64,000 nucleotides of DNA, taken from Coniocarpon cinnabarinum. Taxonomy: Eukaryota. The translations under genes and the position numbers were made by a program. Within the stretch, counting starts at the first letter, position 1; every line of letters begins with the position of its first letter. The stretch is taken from assembly GCA_051942205.1 (NCBI GenBank), contig JAVECO010000003.1, positions 1-64,000 on the forward strand, written 5' to 3'. Of this stretch, positions 1 through 10,765 are shown in pieces. The notes under the pieces were generated by a model. The model saw nothing but the letters and a program-made list of their open reading frames with translations, did no database searches and was not told where the DNA came from.

Positions 1-734
1 TAATAGGTTCTAAAGTAACTAGTTAACTTTATACTAATATTAGACTTATTAGTTGTTAAGTAGAAAGTAGCCTACTATATTCTTTCTCTAAAGAACTATC
101 TTAGAGTTCTAATAGAACCTTTAATCTAGAAGAGTTAGTTATAAGATAGGGTAGTATATATCTTTTAATCCTTATTTAGTATTATAAATAATTATTTAAA
201 AGTATAACACCTCTATAGAGAACCCTACCCTTAAGTAACTAAGAAGGTATAGAGTTGTCCTAGAGATAAGAACCTTTACTATAGAAGAATATAATAGAGA
301 ACAATATAAAGAGATAAAGGTAGTAAGAGCTATAGAAGAGAGTAACTAGTATACTACTATAGTAAAGGTTACTTTATCTAATAGTAGTAGTGCTATCTAA
401 GAAAGTAAGGTATACTATAAACTAGTAGGTAATTAATCTAGTAGTTTATAATTTATAAGTTAGGTTAATTCTAAATTTAAACGATACTAAGCTAAAGAGA
501 GAGGTAGGCTTACTATTAGACTATATAGACTAAGGTATAAACCTATATACTATAGCCCTATTACTTCTATTACCTCTATTGTCTAAAGACGATAAGGTTA
601 ATAGGGGTACACATAACTTATATATACAAGGTCCTAGAGGTAAACGCGTTCTAACATATTAGGGTCCTTATACATTAGTGCCCTATAACGCGAATGCACA
701 TAACTTTTTGTTATATATTAGGCATAGCGTAACA
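1..734 (+). mobile_element. 3' end of a second RIPed LTR retroelement (PPT plus ~230-bp LTR) inserted into the chromovirus integrase
   Basis: Purine tract AAAGAGAGAGG at 494-504 and LTR-like terminus ...GCGTAACA ending at 734. The integrase frame of the next element begins directly afterwards. The 5' TG of this LTR is not cleanly visible. Confidence 0.45.
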
Positions 735-1559
735 TAAGTATATTATTTTATCTATAAATAGATAGATAAACTAAAAGAATAAATTAAATATTAAAAGAAT
801 TTATATATAAATATATAAACTATAAATAAAATAATTAGATATTATTATTACTACTTATCTAATTTATTTATAACTCTATAATCTTTATAACTATAAAAGA
901 AATATAATTTTTTTTTATTTATAGAATATAGCCTAAGCTTACTAATATATATATTATAAAAAATAAACTTATAGTATTAGCTAAAATAACTTTAAAAGAG
1001 CTCTAAACTTTTTATAAATAACTTTAACTTAATTATAATATTATAAATAAATAAATAGTTTTATAAGCTAATAAAGTAAGATCTAAGAGACTAGATCTTA
1101 AAGAGAAAGATAATATTTACCTTTAAAGAAAAAATATTAAAACCTAAAAAACTAGTAATAAACTAGACTATACTAAGCTAAAACCTTTTAAAATTAAAAA
1201 GAAACTAGAACTAGTTAAATTTAAACTTTAACTTTTAGCTACTATAAGAGTCTACCTAGTATTTTATATTTTATTATTAGAATTAGTACTAAATATTTCT
1301 ACTTAAGAACTAGTACTTTTAAATAATAATATATAATAACCTAAATATAAAGTTAAATTAATACTTAATTATAGACTCTTATAAGAATAACTAAAATATC
1401 TTATTAAATAGAAGAGCTAGCTAGAAAGTAAAAATACTTAAAAACTAATTAAAAACCTAACCTATTACTAGAAGATATTATACTATTATTAATAATAGTA
1501 TTTAGATCTTTTATACTAATACTCTAAACTATAAACTCTAAGTTACTATTAGTAACCTA

Positions 1560-1980
1560 GTTATTTTTTATCTATATAGTAAGATTCTCTTTAGCTTTAA
1601 CTAACTTATTATAGTAAGTAAAATTAATTTCTTCTTTTTTAAGCTTTAACTAATAATTATTAATATCTAATTTTTTAGCCTTAATAGTATTTAACTTATA
1701 ATAAAGCTCTAATTCTTTTAAATTAATAACTTTTTACTTCTCTTATAATTTTTTTTAGTAATTAATAAGAAACTTAATTATAAATAGTATTAGTAACGTT
1801 TACTTTAAAGAATTATAACTTTTTACTATTCTTCTAAGTTAACCTTATATTATACCTTAAACTATAATATATATACTAACTATATATTATATTACTAAGG
1901 ACTAACTAATACTAGTAGCTTTTATTTAAATAATTTATATATAATAGTATTACCACTATAATAGGCTTATTAAGCTTAAT
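1560..1980 (-). pseudogene. RIPed antisense ORF inside the retrotransposon, with a Zn(II)2Cys6-spaced motif followed by a coiled-coil-like segment
   Basis: In one minus-strand frame, TAT codons (TGY after RIP) lie at C-x2-C-x6-C-x8-C-x2-C-x6-C spacing at 1941-1852. A heptad-like L/E/K-rich segment follows after one frameshift. Confidence 0.55.
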
Positions 1981-2188
1981 AAAGTATAGTAGTATTTATT
2001 CTTTAAAAGATAATAGTTTATAATAATAAGGCTTTATAATAGACTTTTTAATATAATTCTATATAACCTTCTTAGATAATACTGTTAAGAAAGGTATAAT
2101 AACTTATAATAGAATAAGATAAAAATATATAGGCCTTTATAATTAGTAGTATAGTTAATTAAGATAACTTAATTTAAAGAGAGAATAG

Positions 2189-2728
2189 TATTATACTATA
2201 CTTTATAAAATACTAAGATCTAGTATATATACTTATATAATAGTATAAAGGCTATAACTTTTAAATATATTTATATATATTTACTTTCTAGAAATATATA
2301 AATCTTCTAAAGAATCTAAAGGCTTTAAATACTTTAGATACTTTAGATGCTCTAAATACTACCTTTTAGTAAAGTATATTTATTTATACCTTAGTTTATA
2401 TAGTTAGATAGTAAGCCTATCTCTTTTAGGTTTAGTATTATTCTAATTTAGATTTAACCTAACTTATAGTTAAGACTTATAACTTAATTACTTATAAGTT
2501 ATAATATACTAGTACTTTCTTAAGTAGACGTATTATATATATATATATATAATTAAAGTATATAAGGTATAGCCTATATAATATATATATTAGTTATTCT
2601 TCTATCTACTATATCTATTAGTACTATTTTCTATAATTTACCTTATTAGCCTAAAGCCTATACTATAAACTAGCCTTTACTTTTCTAGGCTAACCCTAGG
2701 TAGAGGCTCTAATATAGGCGTTATAATA
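2189..2728 (+). repeat. 3' LTR (~540 bp) of the chromovirus
   Basis: Starts 3 nt after the PPT. Bounded by inverted termini TATTATA (2189-2195) and TATAATA (2722-2728), consistent with RIPed TG...CA ends. Confidence 0.6.
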
Positions 2729-2976
2729 GTATTCTATTAAAAAAAATTAAAGTATAAATAATCTAAAAAGGCTTATATAATATTATCTAGCTAAATTAAA
2801 AAATTTTTAAGTTTTATTATAGTAAAACTTAAAAAAAATTATAAAGTACTATTAAAGCGTAGAATTAAAAAATATTTTATAGTAAAACTCTTTAAATTTA
2901 GTAGCTTATAGTATAGTTTAGCGTCTATAGTACCCCCGCATACCTCTAAGTTTAGAGGTTAATTAGCGTATAAATT

Positions 2977-3025
<49 letters not shown>
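2729..3025 (+). mobile_element. RIPed 3' end of a non-LTR (LINE, Tad/CgT1/MGL-like) element with (TAC)16 tail
   Basis: 2851-2980 aligns with 37188-37316, differing mostly by G>A and C>T. (TAC)16 at 2978-3025. Confidence 0.75.
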
Positions 3026-3027
<2 letters not shown>

Positions 3028-3371
3028 TTAACAGGTTTATAAAAAATAACAACACTACTAATAGCTTGCACAAGATGTCGGCCCGTGTTGGATTGGTAGG
3101 CTAGATTTTTTCAACCTTATCCTTAGGCCTTTTTCATAGTAGAAGGGATCGCATCTGATCGTTGTCCCTGTTCAGTGGTCGATGACATGATGGTAAGCAA
3201 AGTAGCTGATAGGCTGCGAAGCTGAGACAAGTGACAGCCGCTGGCTTTGGCACTGGAACCATCTTCCTATTGAAATGAACCATCGGCTCTGCGGTTCGCT
3301 GCTGTCTACGCAGTTGCACCTCATTTTGGATAAGTGGGATTTTCATTGTCGCGCCGCAGCCAGATGTTTTA

Positions 3372-5017
3372 CTATTCTACCTTGTTTCCTTCCTTTACTT
3401 TAGAGAAGTATGTAGCAAGGAATCCTTTCTCTTTAGCCTTTTTGGATTCAGGTTCCCAACCCCATTCCTTCGGAGAGGCGTCAATCCTTCCTACGGCAAG
3501 CTTCGTATGTTTGCCTAAGTATGGATTCTTCTGCCCTTGCAATTCATTGCGGAGGAAGTCCTCACCAAGCTTGCCAAAGTACAGACCACTTAGAACATGC
3601 CCAGGGGCTCTGTGCCAGCAACCCACGTGCGCTGGTGCTCTTGGACATAGAATCCGTTTGTGAAGTGGGTCGTCAACTAGTTCGATGAACAGGCATCGCG
3701 CCCGGTATTCGGGATGTCTCCATATAACCCTCCAGATCTCCTGTGCGCATGTTAGCCGAGTTCTGGAATTACTGCTTCGATGTTGCTCTTGGCAAACGGT
3801 CACAGCGCTCGATCGCTTAATTAATGCGCTTGAAAACATATTCAAATGCGAGGCATGCCGGGTACATTAGTGCGTTGCGCAAATGCGCACAAATCGGGCT
3901 GGCACATGAGTAAAACGACGAAGGTTTCTCTCTTGAGATAAAGACACTCAAAACGGGTTCTGAGGATTTCTGGGATTTTTCACCTACTCTTGATGTCTGG
4001 ATGTTTACGACGTCGTCCCCAGAGCTATGCAAAAGGTACAGCGGTGGACACTTATCTTCGATGCGCTTGCCCATATTCGTCGCGTCGTTGCCAAGGAGAA
4101 AGTCTTTATCTTGGTCCCTATAGCCAGGATGCTGTTCCTTATATTTTCTGAGGTTGTCTTGAGTGACGATATTGTCCGTATTCTGGGGTTGACCTTCGTC
4201 AAAGAGGACAGTTAAGTCATCCCACGTGTTCTAAGTGTGGTTAGCAGAGATTGAAAGTATTCCGGAGGTCGATGCTGCGATGTCTTACAGGCCCGCACAT
4301 CCGAATGCCAAATTTCACGTTGACTTTTGGCATTCGTATCCACTCCATCATCGTCGAAATAGCGAGAGCGCCACCTGTATTCTCAAGGGGTCAGCTTCCG
4401 TTACACTGACAGGGGGTGACATAAGCGAGCATCGCAGGGCGATACGAAGCCGGCCTTACCGATGGACAGGCCAGAGTAGATGATATCGCGCACTTCGCTT
4501 TGTCGATCTTGGGCCAAGACATGCTTCAAGACGGCGGCATGATCTGACACAATGGTGTGGAACTGGCTTTGATCCAGGCTTGCGTCTGACGTGCCGCCTG
4601 TGACCACGATTGGTCAGCGACATCCATGAGACATTGAACACTTTGCTAGACGCACCGTAGTTCGGATAATTTACCAAAACGATGCAGAGTGGGCTGCCCA
4701 GATTGGTGAGAGGCTTCACACGGTCTTCAAAGAAGCGCTTGTCTGTATTGACGCTGCCGATACCGGTTGCGAGGAAGTATAGGACCGTTGGCTTAGCACC
4801 TTCAGGTTTGCTGCGAACCAGTTATTCGCTGCAGGTGCAGAAAGAAGCTTTGGGGGTCACACTGAATCCAATATTCAACCGTGCGTGAGTTGTCCAGGGT
4901 ATGTTCACTTTTTAATCGCTGCGCCTTGGACACTTGCTCTCTTGGCGTCCATCTCTTGAAGAACGGAGATTCATGTTGATCCTGGAGATTAGGAACAGGT
5001 GCACGTAGCTCTGTCAT
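3372..5017 (-). CDS. Alpha/beta hydrolase fold protein (six exons, not visible as one ORF)
   Basis: Splicing five GT-AG introns (first at 4811-4862) gives one frame: TVLYFLATG..IVLVNYPNYGG..IIYSGLSIGGALA (GxSxG nucleophile)..PPLYLLHSSGDDVV (acid)..APAHVG (candidate His). Confidence 0.75.
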
Positions 5018-6166
5018 AGCTTTCTTTCTTGAGGATCAACAGAGTTCAAACTGACATGTATGCGACAAAGGGATTGCAGACGAAGAAATACCTACTGCCC
5101 TCGCATCTCGCGGGTTCGAAAAGATCCGCAACAAGTGTACAGATCGTATTGCTTCAGTTTGAGGCCCCACAAACGTTTCCAAAGACATCCATGGCTTCGT
5201 GCGAGGTGAACACGCTACACCTCCAAACTTTGGGGGCGATCATGCGCCGCCCCCGTTTCGTGAGGGCCACTTTCATCTGATGGGCCATCCTTACGACACT
5301 TCGACAGCAAATAATTGAAGGTCTCAAGACCACGAGAGAGACTGTTCACTTCAAGTCGTTCAAGCTGTACAAATGGTTGGTCTTGAGAGAAGCGCAATGC
5401 CACCATAATAGGTGAGGCTTGAGGCTGTACGCATTTACGAGATACCGACAAGGAACGGGAGGACAGGTTGGCTTTGGGCGTCTCTGAACAGGCCTTAGAA
5501 TAAATACCATTTTCCCGAAGCAGTTTACGCTCAACCTCCACAGTTGAATCGCGGTCTCTTCTTCAGTTCACCCTGTTAGACCTTGTTTCCGCGTTTTTGA
5601 CAAGAGCAGCGAGCATCTCGGTCTCACTGGGACCCACGACTCTTTCCACATCCACCAATGTGCATTTCTGATTTCTGTGCCGCTGCTTTTCCGTTCAAGA
5701 GCTGCGCTGTTGGAACTTGATAGTGTGCAGCCAGTGATCTCCTACGTATTTCCTGAGACCTGGATGTCGCACTCATCTGAAGAGCTGTCTGTCGCAAGAA
5801 GTCCACAAACATTTCAGGGTACAACATTGTTGATTGTGGTGTCTTTTGACTGTCCTAAATACCTAATTGTTCCTCGTGAATGAAATATGAAGGCCCTGTG
5901 GCACTCGATGCATGATCCACTCGATGCCTGATCTTACCTTGCATTCGATCATGTGTAGAATCGGGAGCACGTTAAGATAAGCCATGGACTAGGCTCTCGA
6001 ATGCATCTATTCATTACCTACCTCCTTGCTACCTGACACGTCTCGGCCAGACTGTGTGAGTAATTGCATGATATCTGTATCGGCAGATTTACTGACCGAT
6101 GATCCAGGCATTCCTCAGTCAATCAATACGCAGAATGCCTGCCTTCGATCGTGTTCCTTATCTAAG

Positions 6167-7989
6167 CTATTCGCGTCCGAGGGTTTCTTTCAGTCCGCTT
6201 TCAATGTCAGGATGAACTTGTCCGAACATTTTGATCGCGCTTTCCATTACACCAGCGGCGACATTGGTGAGACTCTTGGCGACGTTTCCCAAAAACTCCT
6301 TACGTCCGTCCTCATGACAAATGATGTTCCATAAGTCCCTCGACTGTTCAAAGTCTTGATCTGTCACTTCACTCCTATGACTCACCACTGTCCCACTCCA
6401 CAGCTCCTTATTCGTAACCGCGTGGTGGCTTGTAAGACGTACTGGCTGCAAGCTTGATCGCACGTAGTCTGGATCTCCACCATAATTGCCGTTAAGTGTA
6501 CTGATACCATCGCGTTCATATGGCGAGTAGACCCTAGAGACTGGTTTGTTGGAGGGAAGCTGTTGGTAGTTCACTCCAAGACGGTAGCGAGCGGCGTCCG
6601 GATAGGACAACATTCGTGCTTGAAGGACTACAAATGTCAGATGCAAGTTGAGCAATGTTGAGGCAAGAGCATACTGCTCGGAGAGCGTACCAAGATCTGC
6701 GGAGGGTCCAATACCAGGTACCATGTTGCTAGGCGAAAACGCAGCCTGCTCGACGTCTTGGAAATAGTTGCTTGGCTGGCATGGGTGGTCAGTGAATGCC
6801 TCCCATCGCTATGCTTAACGCTGAGGCGATGTACCCACATTTCGGTTCAAAGTCAATTGTCCGATGGGTCTCAATGGGAACCGTTCGTGGGGCCAAGTGT
6901 ACGTGTCATCAAAGATCGGGATGCCTGCGTTCGATGCGTCTTTTGGGTCGATGACCTGCACGTACAGAGTCCAGGTTGGATAGTCTCCTTTCTCGATCGC
7001 ATGGAAAAGATCTTTGATGTGATAATTGGGCTCCTCGCCAGCGAGACGCATCGCCACATCTGGCGGAAGCGTCTCGGTGCCACCGATAGGTTTCAAATGC
7101 CACTTGACGTATCTGAAATTCCCGCCCTTGGGTCTAGTCAGTCAATGTTAGATAGCTCGGGGAGCGATGATGAACACTTCTTTTGTCATGGTGTACGTAT
7201 GGACCCCGAAACCATTCACGTGTCTCAGACTCTTTGGGATGCCCCTCCTCCCGAATAGATGCATCAGGGCATGAATCCCTTCTTGATTGTTCACATGGAA
7301 GTCCCAAAACATGTTGTCATCTGGGACATTCGTCTGAGGGTGTCTCTTGTGACTTCGATTCATACTTGGAAACTTGATGGGATCGCGGACAAAGAAGACA
7401 GGTAAGTCGTTGAACACAAAGTCCTGGTTTCCCTCTTCCGTGAAAAATTTGAGGGCCCATCCCCGCACATCGCGAACCGTGTCAGGAGCGCCCTTTTCTC
7501 CAGCGACAGTAGAGATGCGAGTCAATACTTTGGTGCGCTTTCCAACGGACGTTAAAAAGTTTGCGCTCGTCAGGTCCGACACATCATGCGTAACTTCGAA
7601 ATGGCCCCATGCGCCCGCCGCTTTGGCATGCACCATGCTATAGAAATAGTCAGGATTGAGGAGAATGTAATGTACAGAGTAATTAAGACTTGCCGTTCCG
7701 GGATCCGCTCACGAGCAAAATGCGCGAGGGTCTCGATCAGCTGCGTGTCGCTGATAACAGCGAGGCCACCTCCGCCATAATTCGCCGTGACCTGAAGACT
7801 TTCATCCGGATGAGAATTGGGCTGGCCTGTAGGTGTGAGAGATCTTCTTTAGGAGCAGTGTCGACACAAGCTGTCCCTGCTCGCTCACCTTCTGCCAGTG
7901 TGTAGACCTGACTATCTTGGGTGGCAGCCTGATAGCTATGAGCATTAATCGACACCACGTCAGTTCTACACGTTGCTGATACTTGCCAT
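6167..7989 (-). CDS. Monofunctional small-subunit heme catalase (seven exons)
   Basis: LAHFARERIPERMVHAK (distal His), FVFNDLPVFFVRDP and LQARMLSYPDAARYRLG (proximal Tyr signature). Start ATG 7989-7987 is inferred through a GC-AG intron. No PTS1 (ends LGRE). Confidence 0.95.
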
Positions 7990-8623
7990 AGTCTGCCCGG
8001 CGTTGTCGAACCGTGACGACCAGACCTGCGAAGCTAGCTGCTAAGAAGGCTAGAGAAATGTCATCACAGTGAAGTTTTGTACGGGAGGCAACCAAGTAGT
8101 ACATAAGCCCGACTTTTCATTGCCACACGTTGCCCCTCATTCCGAATTACTGGGAAATAAGTCCTGTTATTCCGCAGGTTCCGATGTAAGGAGGGCCAGG
8201 TGGAAATTCAGAGGCTGTCCATGTTTTGTGAACTGCACTCGTAATGCAAGAGGACAGGGATCAAGCTCGATAGCATGACCCTGGCAATGAGGGGTTCGCC
8301 TTTACGAAGCTCAAGTCTTGTTACGAAGCCAAGTCTTGTCTTTGATCACCTAGCACCGCATTCACATCCCAATTCGTAGCTCAGGATAGTTGCTGAAGTC
8401 GATAGCATGTAGATCGATGTTTTAAAAGCATCACAGGAGCTCAGGCCTTTGATGGGGTTCGGTGCTTCGATGTAAACGTCGCATGAACCACCAGAAGTCA
8501 AGAAGTCGAATGGGATAGTGGTCAAGAAGCATTGCGCCTTTTTTAAGCTTGCCGACATACTGGGTGGCAACATTTTGAACTACTAGAGGCCGCCAGCAGG
8601 ATCCATGCCATATACTCAGCCAA

Positions 8624-9751
8624 TCAAGACACCCGAAGCACTGCCTTACCACATAGCTCATTCCGCTCCATGATGTCGTGCGCCCGGCCTACCTCTTCCA
8701 ACTCGAAGACCATTTCCAGAAAATGCTCTACCTTGTATTTACCATGACTTATCCCTAGTGCAAGATCTGTGAAACACTCATTGAGCTGATCAGTCACCGC
8801 AAAGCCTCCATGGAACCCTAGCCGCTTTGTCGAGGGTATCATAGGTGGCGTGAAGGGGGCGGGCGCATATCCTGTTCCAAGTATACCCGTGGGCACGACG
8901 GTCCCATAGTTCGCGCAAACCTTGAAGCCAAATGATGCAAACGATGATGGATCTACGAGATCGATTACCGTTTCAGCTCCCTTCGGCACAAACGACAGCA
9001 CGTCACGTATCATGGCCTGTACGTCCGGCGCTCCGTCTTTTGAACCTTCGACAACCACATGATCTGCACCGATGGTCTTTAACTTGGCGAGTTTTGAAGC
9101 TTGACGGGTAGTTGCGATGACTGTGCAGTCGCGGGCTTTCGCTAGCAGAACAGCCCATACTCCCACCGAACTCGTAGAGCCACGGATCAGGACAGTAGAC
9201 CCGGGTAAAGTCGTCGCGCTTTGGAAAAGAGAGGCCCAAGCTGTCCAACCGGAACACGGAAAGGAAGCAAGGGTTGTCCAAGGAGTTTGCCCAGATCCTT
9301 CGCCAATGGAGAGCTTGTCAGGGGCTGGCAGACGATGACAGACGTCCTTGCGAATGAGTGTGTGTTCAGCGTAGCAGCCGTCATATGCTTTTCCTCCGCC
9401 GTAAAAAACGCCAATGACGCGCTCGCCCTTCTCAAAGCCTGTGTTACTGCCTGCAATGTCGACCTCACCAACGCATTCCTCGCCTAAGACAGCAGGCTTA
9501 TCATTATGAAATTCGCCGATGAAAGGTCCAAAACTGGCAGGGTTGGCTGGTTCATTGTTTCGCTGGCGAAGGTCGGTGCGGTTGAGACCGACAGCCCGCA
9601 CACGGACTAGAAGCCAATCATCAGACGGCAGAGTAGGTTTGGGATATGAGGGGTCGAGGACGAGAGAGGACGAGGGAGGTTGAGCACCGGGCGAGACGAG
9701 AGTGACGGCGCGCATAGAGCCAGAGGGAATGTTGGACCACGAATGAGGCAT
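8624..9751 (-). CDS. Zn-independent medium-chain dehydrogenase/reductase (quinone oxidoreductase-like)
   Basis: LVRVRAVGLN, LGEECVGEV, GCYAEHT and TVLIRGSTSSVG motifs, ending GKAVL. ATG 9751 has ACCACC context; an in-frame ATG also exists at 9811. Confidence 0.9.
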   Translation of the reverse strand: MPHSWSNIPSGSMRAVTLVSPGAQPPSSSLVLDPSYPKPTLPSDDWLLVRVRAVGLNRTDLRQRNNEPANPASFGPFIGEFHNDKPAVLGEECVGEVDIAGSNTGFEKGERVIGVFYGGGKAYDGCYAEHTLIRKDVCHRLPAPDKLSIGEGSGQTPWTTLASFPCSGWTAWASLFQSATTLPGSTVLIRGSTSSVGVWAVLLAKARDCTVIATTRQASKLAKLKTIGADHVVVEGSKDGAPDVQAMIRDVLSFVPKGAETVIDLVDPSSFASFGFKVCANYGTVVPTGILGTGYAPAPFTPPMIPSTKRLGFHGGFAVTDQLNECFTDLALGISHGKYKVEHFLEMVFELEEVGRAHDIMERNELCGKAVLRVS

Positions 9752-10765
9752 GGTGGTAAATTTCCGCCTTGGGTGTTGAAATACGGCGTAGGACAAGTGG
9801 TACCTCCTCATAGAACAAGAAGATGCAAATCAGCTACAGGCAGTTGCTCCACGGCCTGTTTGAAATCTATGCTCAAGCTAAAGAAGCGTTGCCTTTTTAT
9901 ATTCGTTGTTCGTCGAGCCTACGCATCATGTCGTTAGGGGGAGCAAGTACCAGCAGTGTCAGCATATTCCGCGCCTGATGTAAGGGTCAGCCAATCCATG
10001 GGTAAGAAATACTGTGGCCTATACATGGTCGATTCTACAGGGTCGATGCATTCGAATAGGCTATCTTTCTCTGTTAGTTTTCATCGTGGCGTCGCGGATT
10101 TGCACGAGTATGTGAGAGCTCGGACCAGCAACGCCAAAAGATGGCGTTCCGTCGTGCAAAGGTCCTGTTTTGCAATCAACGTTGGTCACTGTCCATGGGG
10201 ACATGAGGCAGAAGTAGCGCATCCTATGAGCAAGCGGACGTTGAGTGAGAGGACGGCAGTGTCTGTGTATGCGGCAGCTTGCAGCTCTACCGTCGGAAGT
10301 CGAAGTTGCAAGATAGATGCGCTTGTACGCTCTAGAGCCAGTAAACGAGCGGAAGCAGCGGATCAAGCACAAGTGGCAGTCAAAGATGACGAGGACTTGC
10401 GTATAGCCTGAGCAGGTGGCACGGGTGGTATGAAATGAGTGCAGAGTAGATATGGAATCAATGAGTATCGGAAATGTGGTCAACGAAGAAGCCAGCGCGG
10501 ACGCTTTCCGCTGGTGCTCGGTTTTCCGCGGCATGAACCGGAGCTAAGTTTTCTAGCGTATCCAGGTAGCTTTTGCTTGAAGCTCTACGCGTGTTGAACT
10601 TCGTTGCGAAAGACAAGCAAGACCGCTTCTCCACGCTCCTGCGTGCGCTCTTGCGACTGCTCATGGCATTTCCATCCTTCGCTTGGGTCTCTCAACTTGG
10701 GTGACGCAAATTGCGGCAGCGGCATCACACTCCTGGAATATACCGTGCAGCAGCAGTCGACGGTC

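Larger units (their letters stand above)
735..2728 (+). mobile_element. RIP-inactivated Ty3/gypsy (chromovirus) LTR retrotransposon, 3' half: integrase, chromodomain, PPT, 3' LTR
   Basis: Reversing C>T/G>A changes gives STxFHPQTDGQTERMNQTLE..YVNY.QDNW..LLPLAQFAYNS from 737, KLD..KLGPFKI...HPVFH.SLLE near 1160-1285, and chromodomain EYEVE.ILDH...YLIKWKGW...NTWEP..NL at ~1343-1460. PPT AAAGAGAGAA at 2176-2185. Confidence 0.88.
1..3060. repeat. AT-rich RIP-degenerated transposon island
   Basis: Very AT-rich, with strong TpA excess, CpA/TpG depletion and no ORFs. Composition switches abruptly to about 50% GC near 3060. Confidence 0.95.

Noticed and set aside
5215..5883. Short ORFs between the hydrolase and the catalase
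   Set aside because: No consistent spliced frame or recognisable motif could be built.
9956..10700. ORFs in the MDR/Nup188 divergent gap
   Set aside because: No recognisable domain; likely promoter or UTR sequence.
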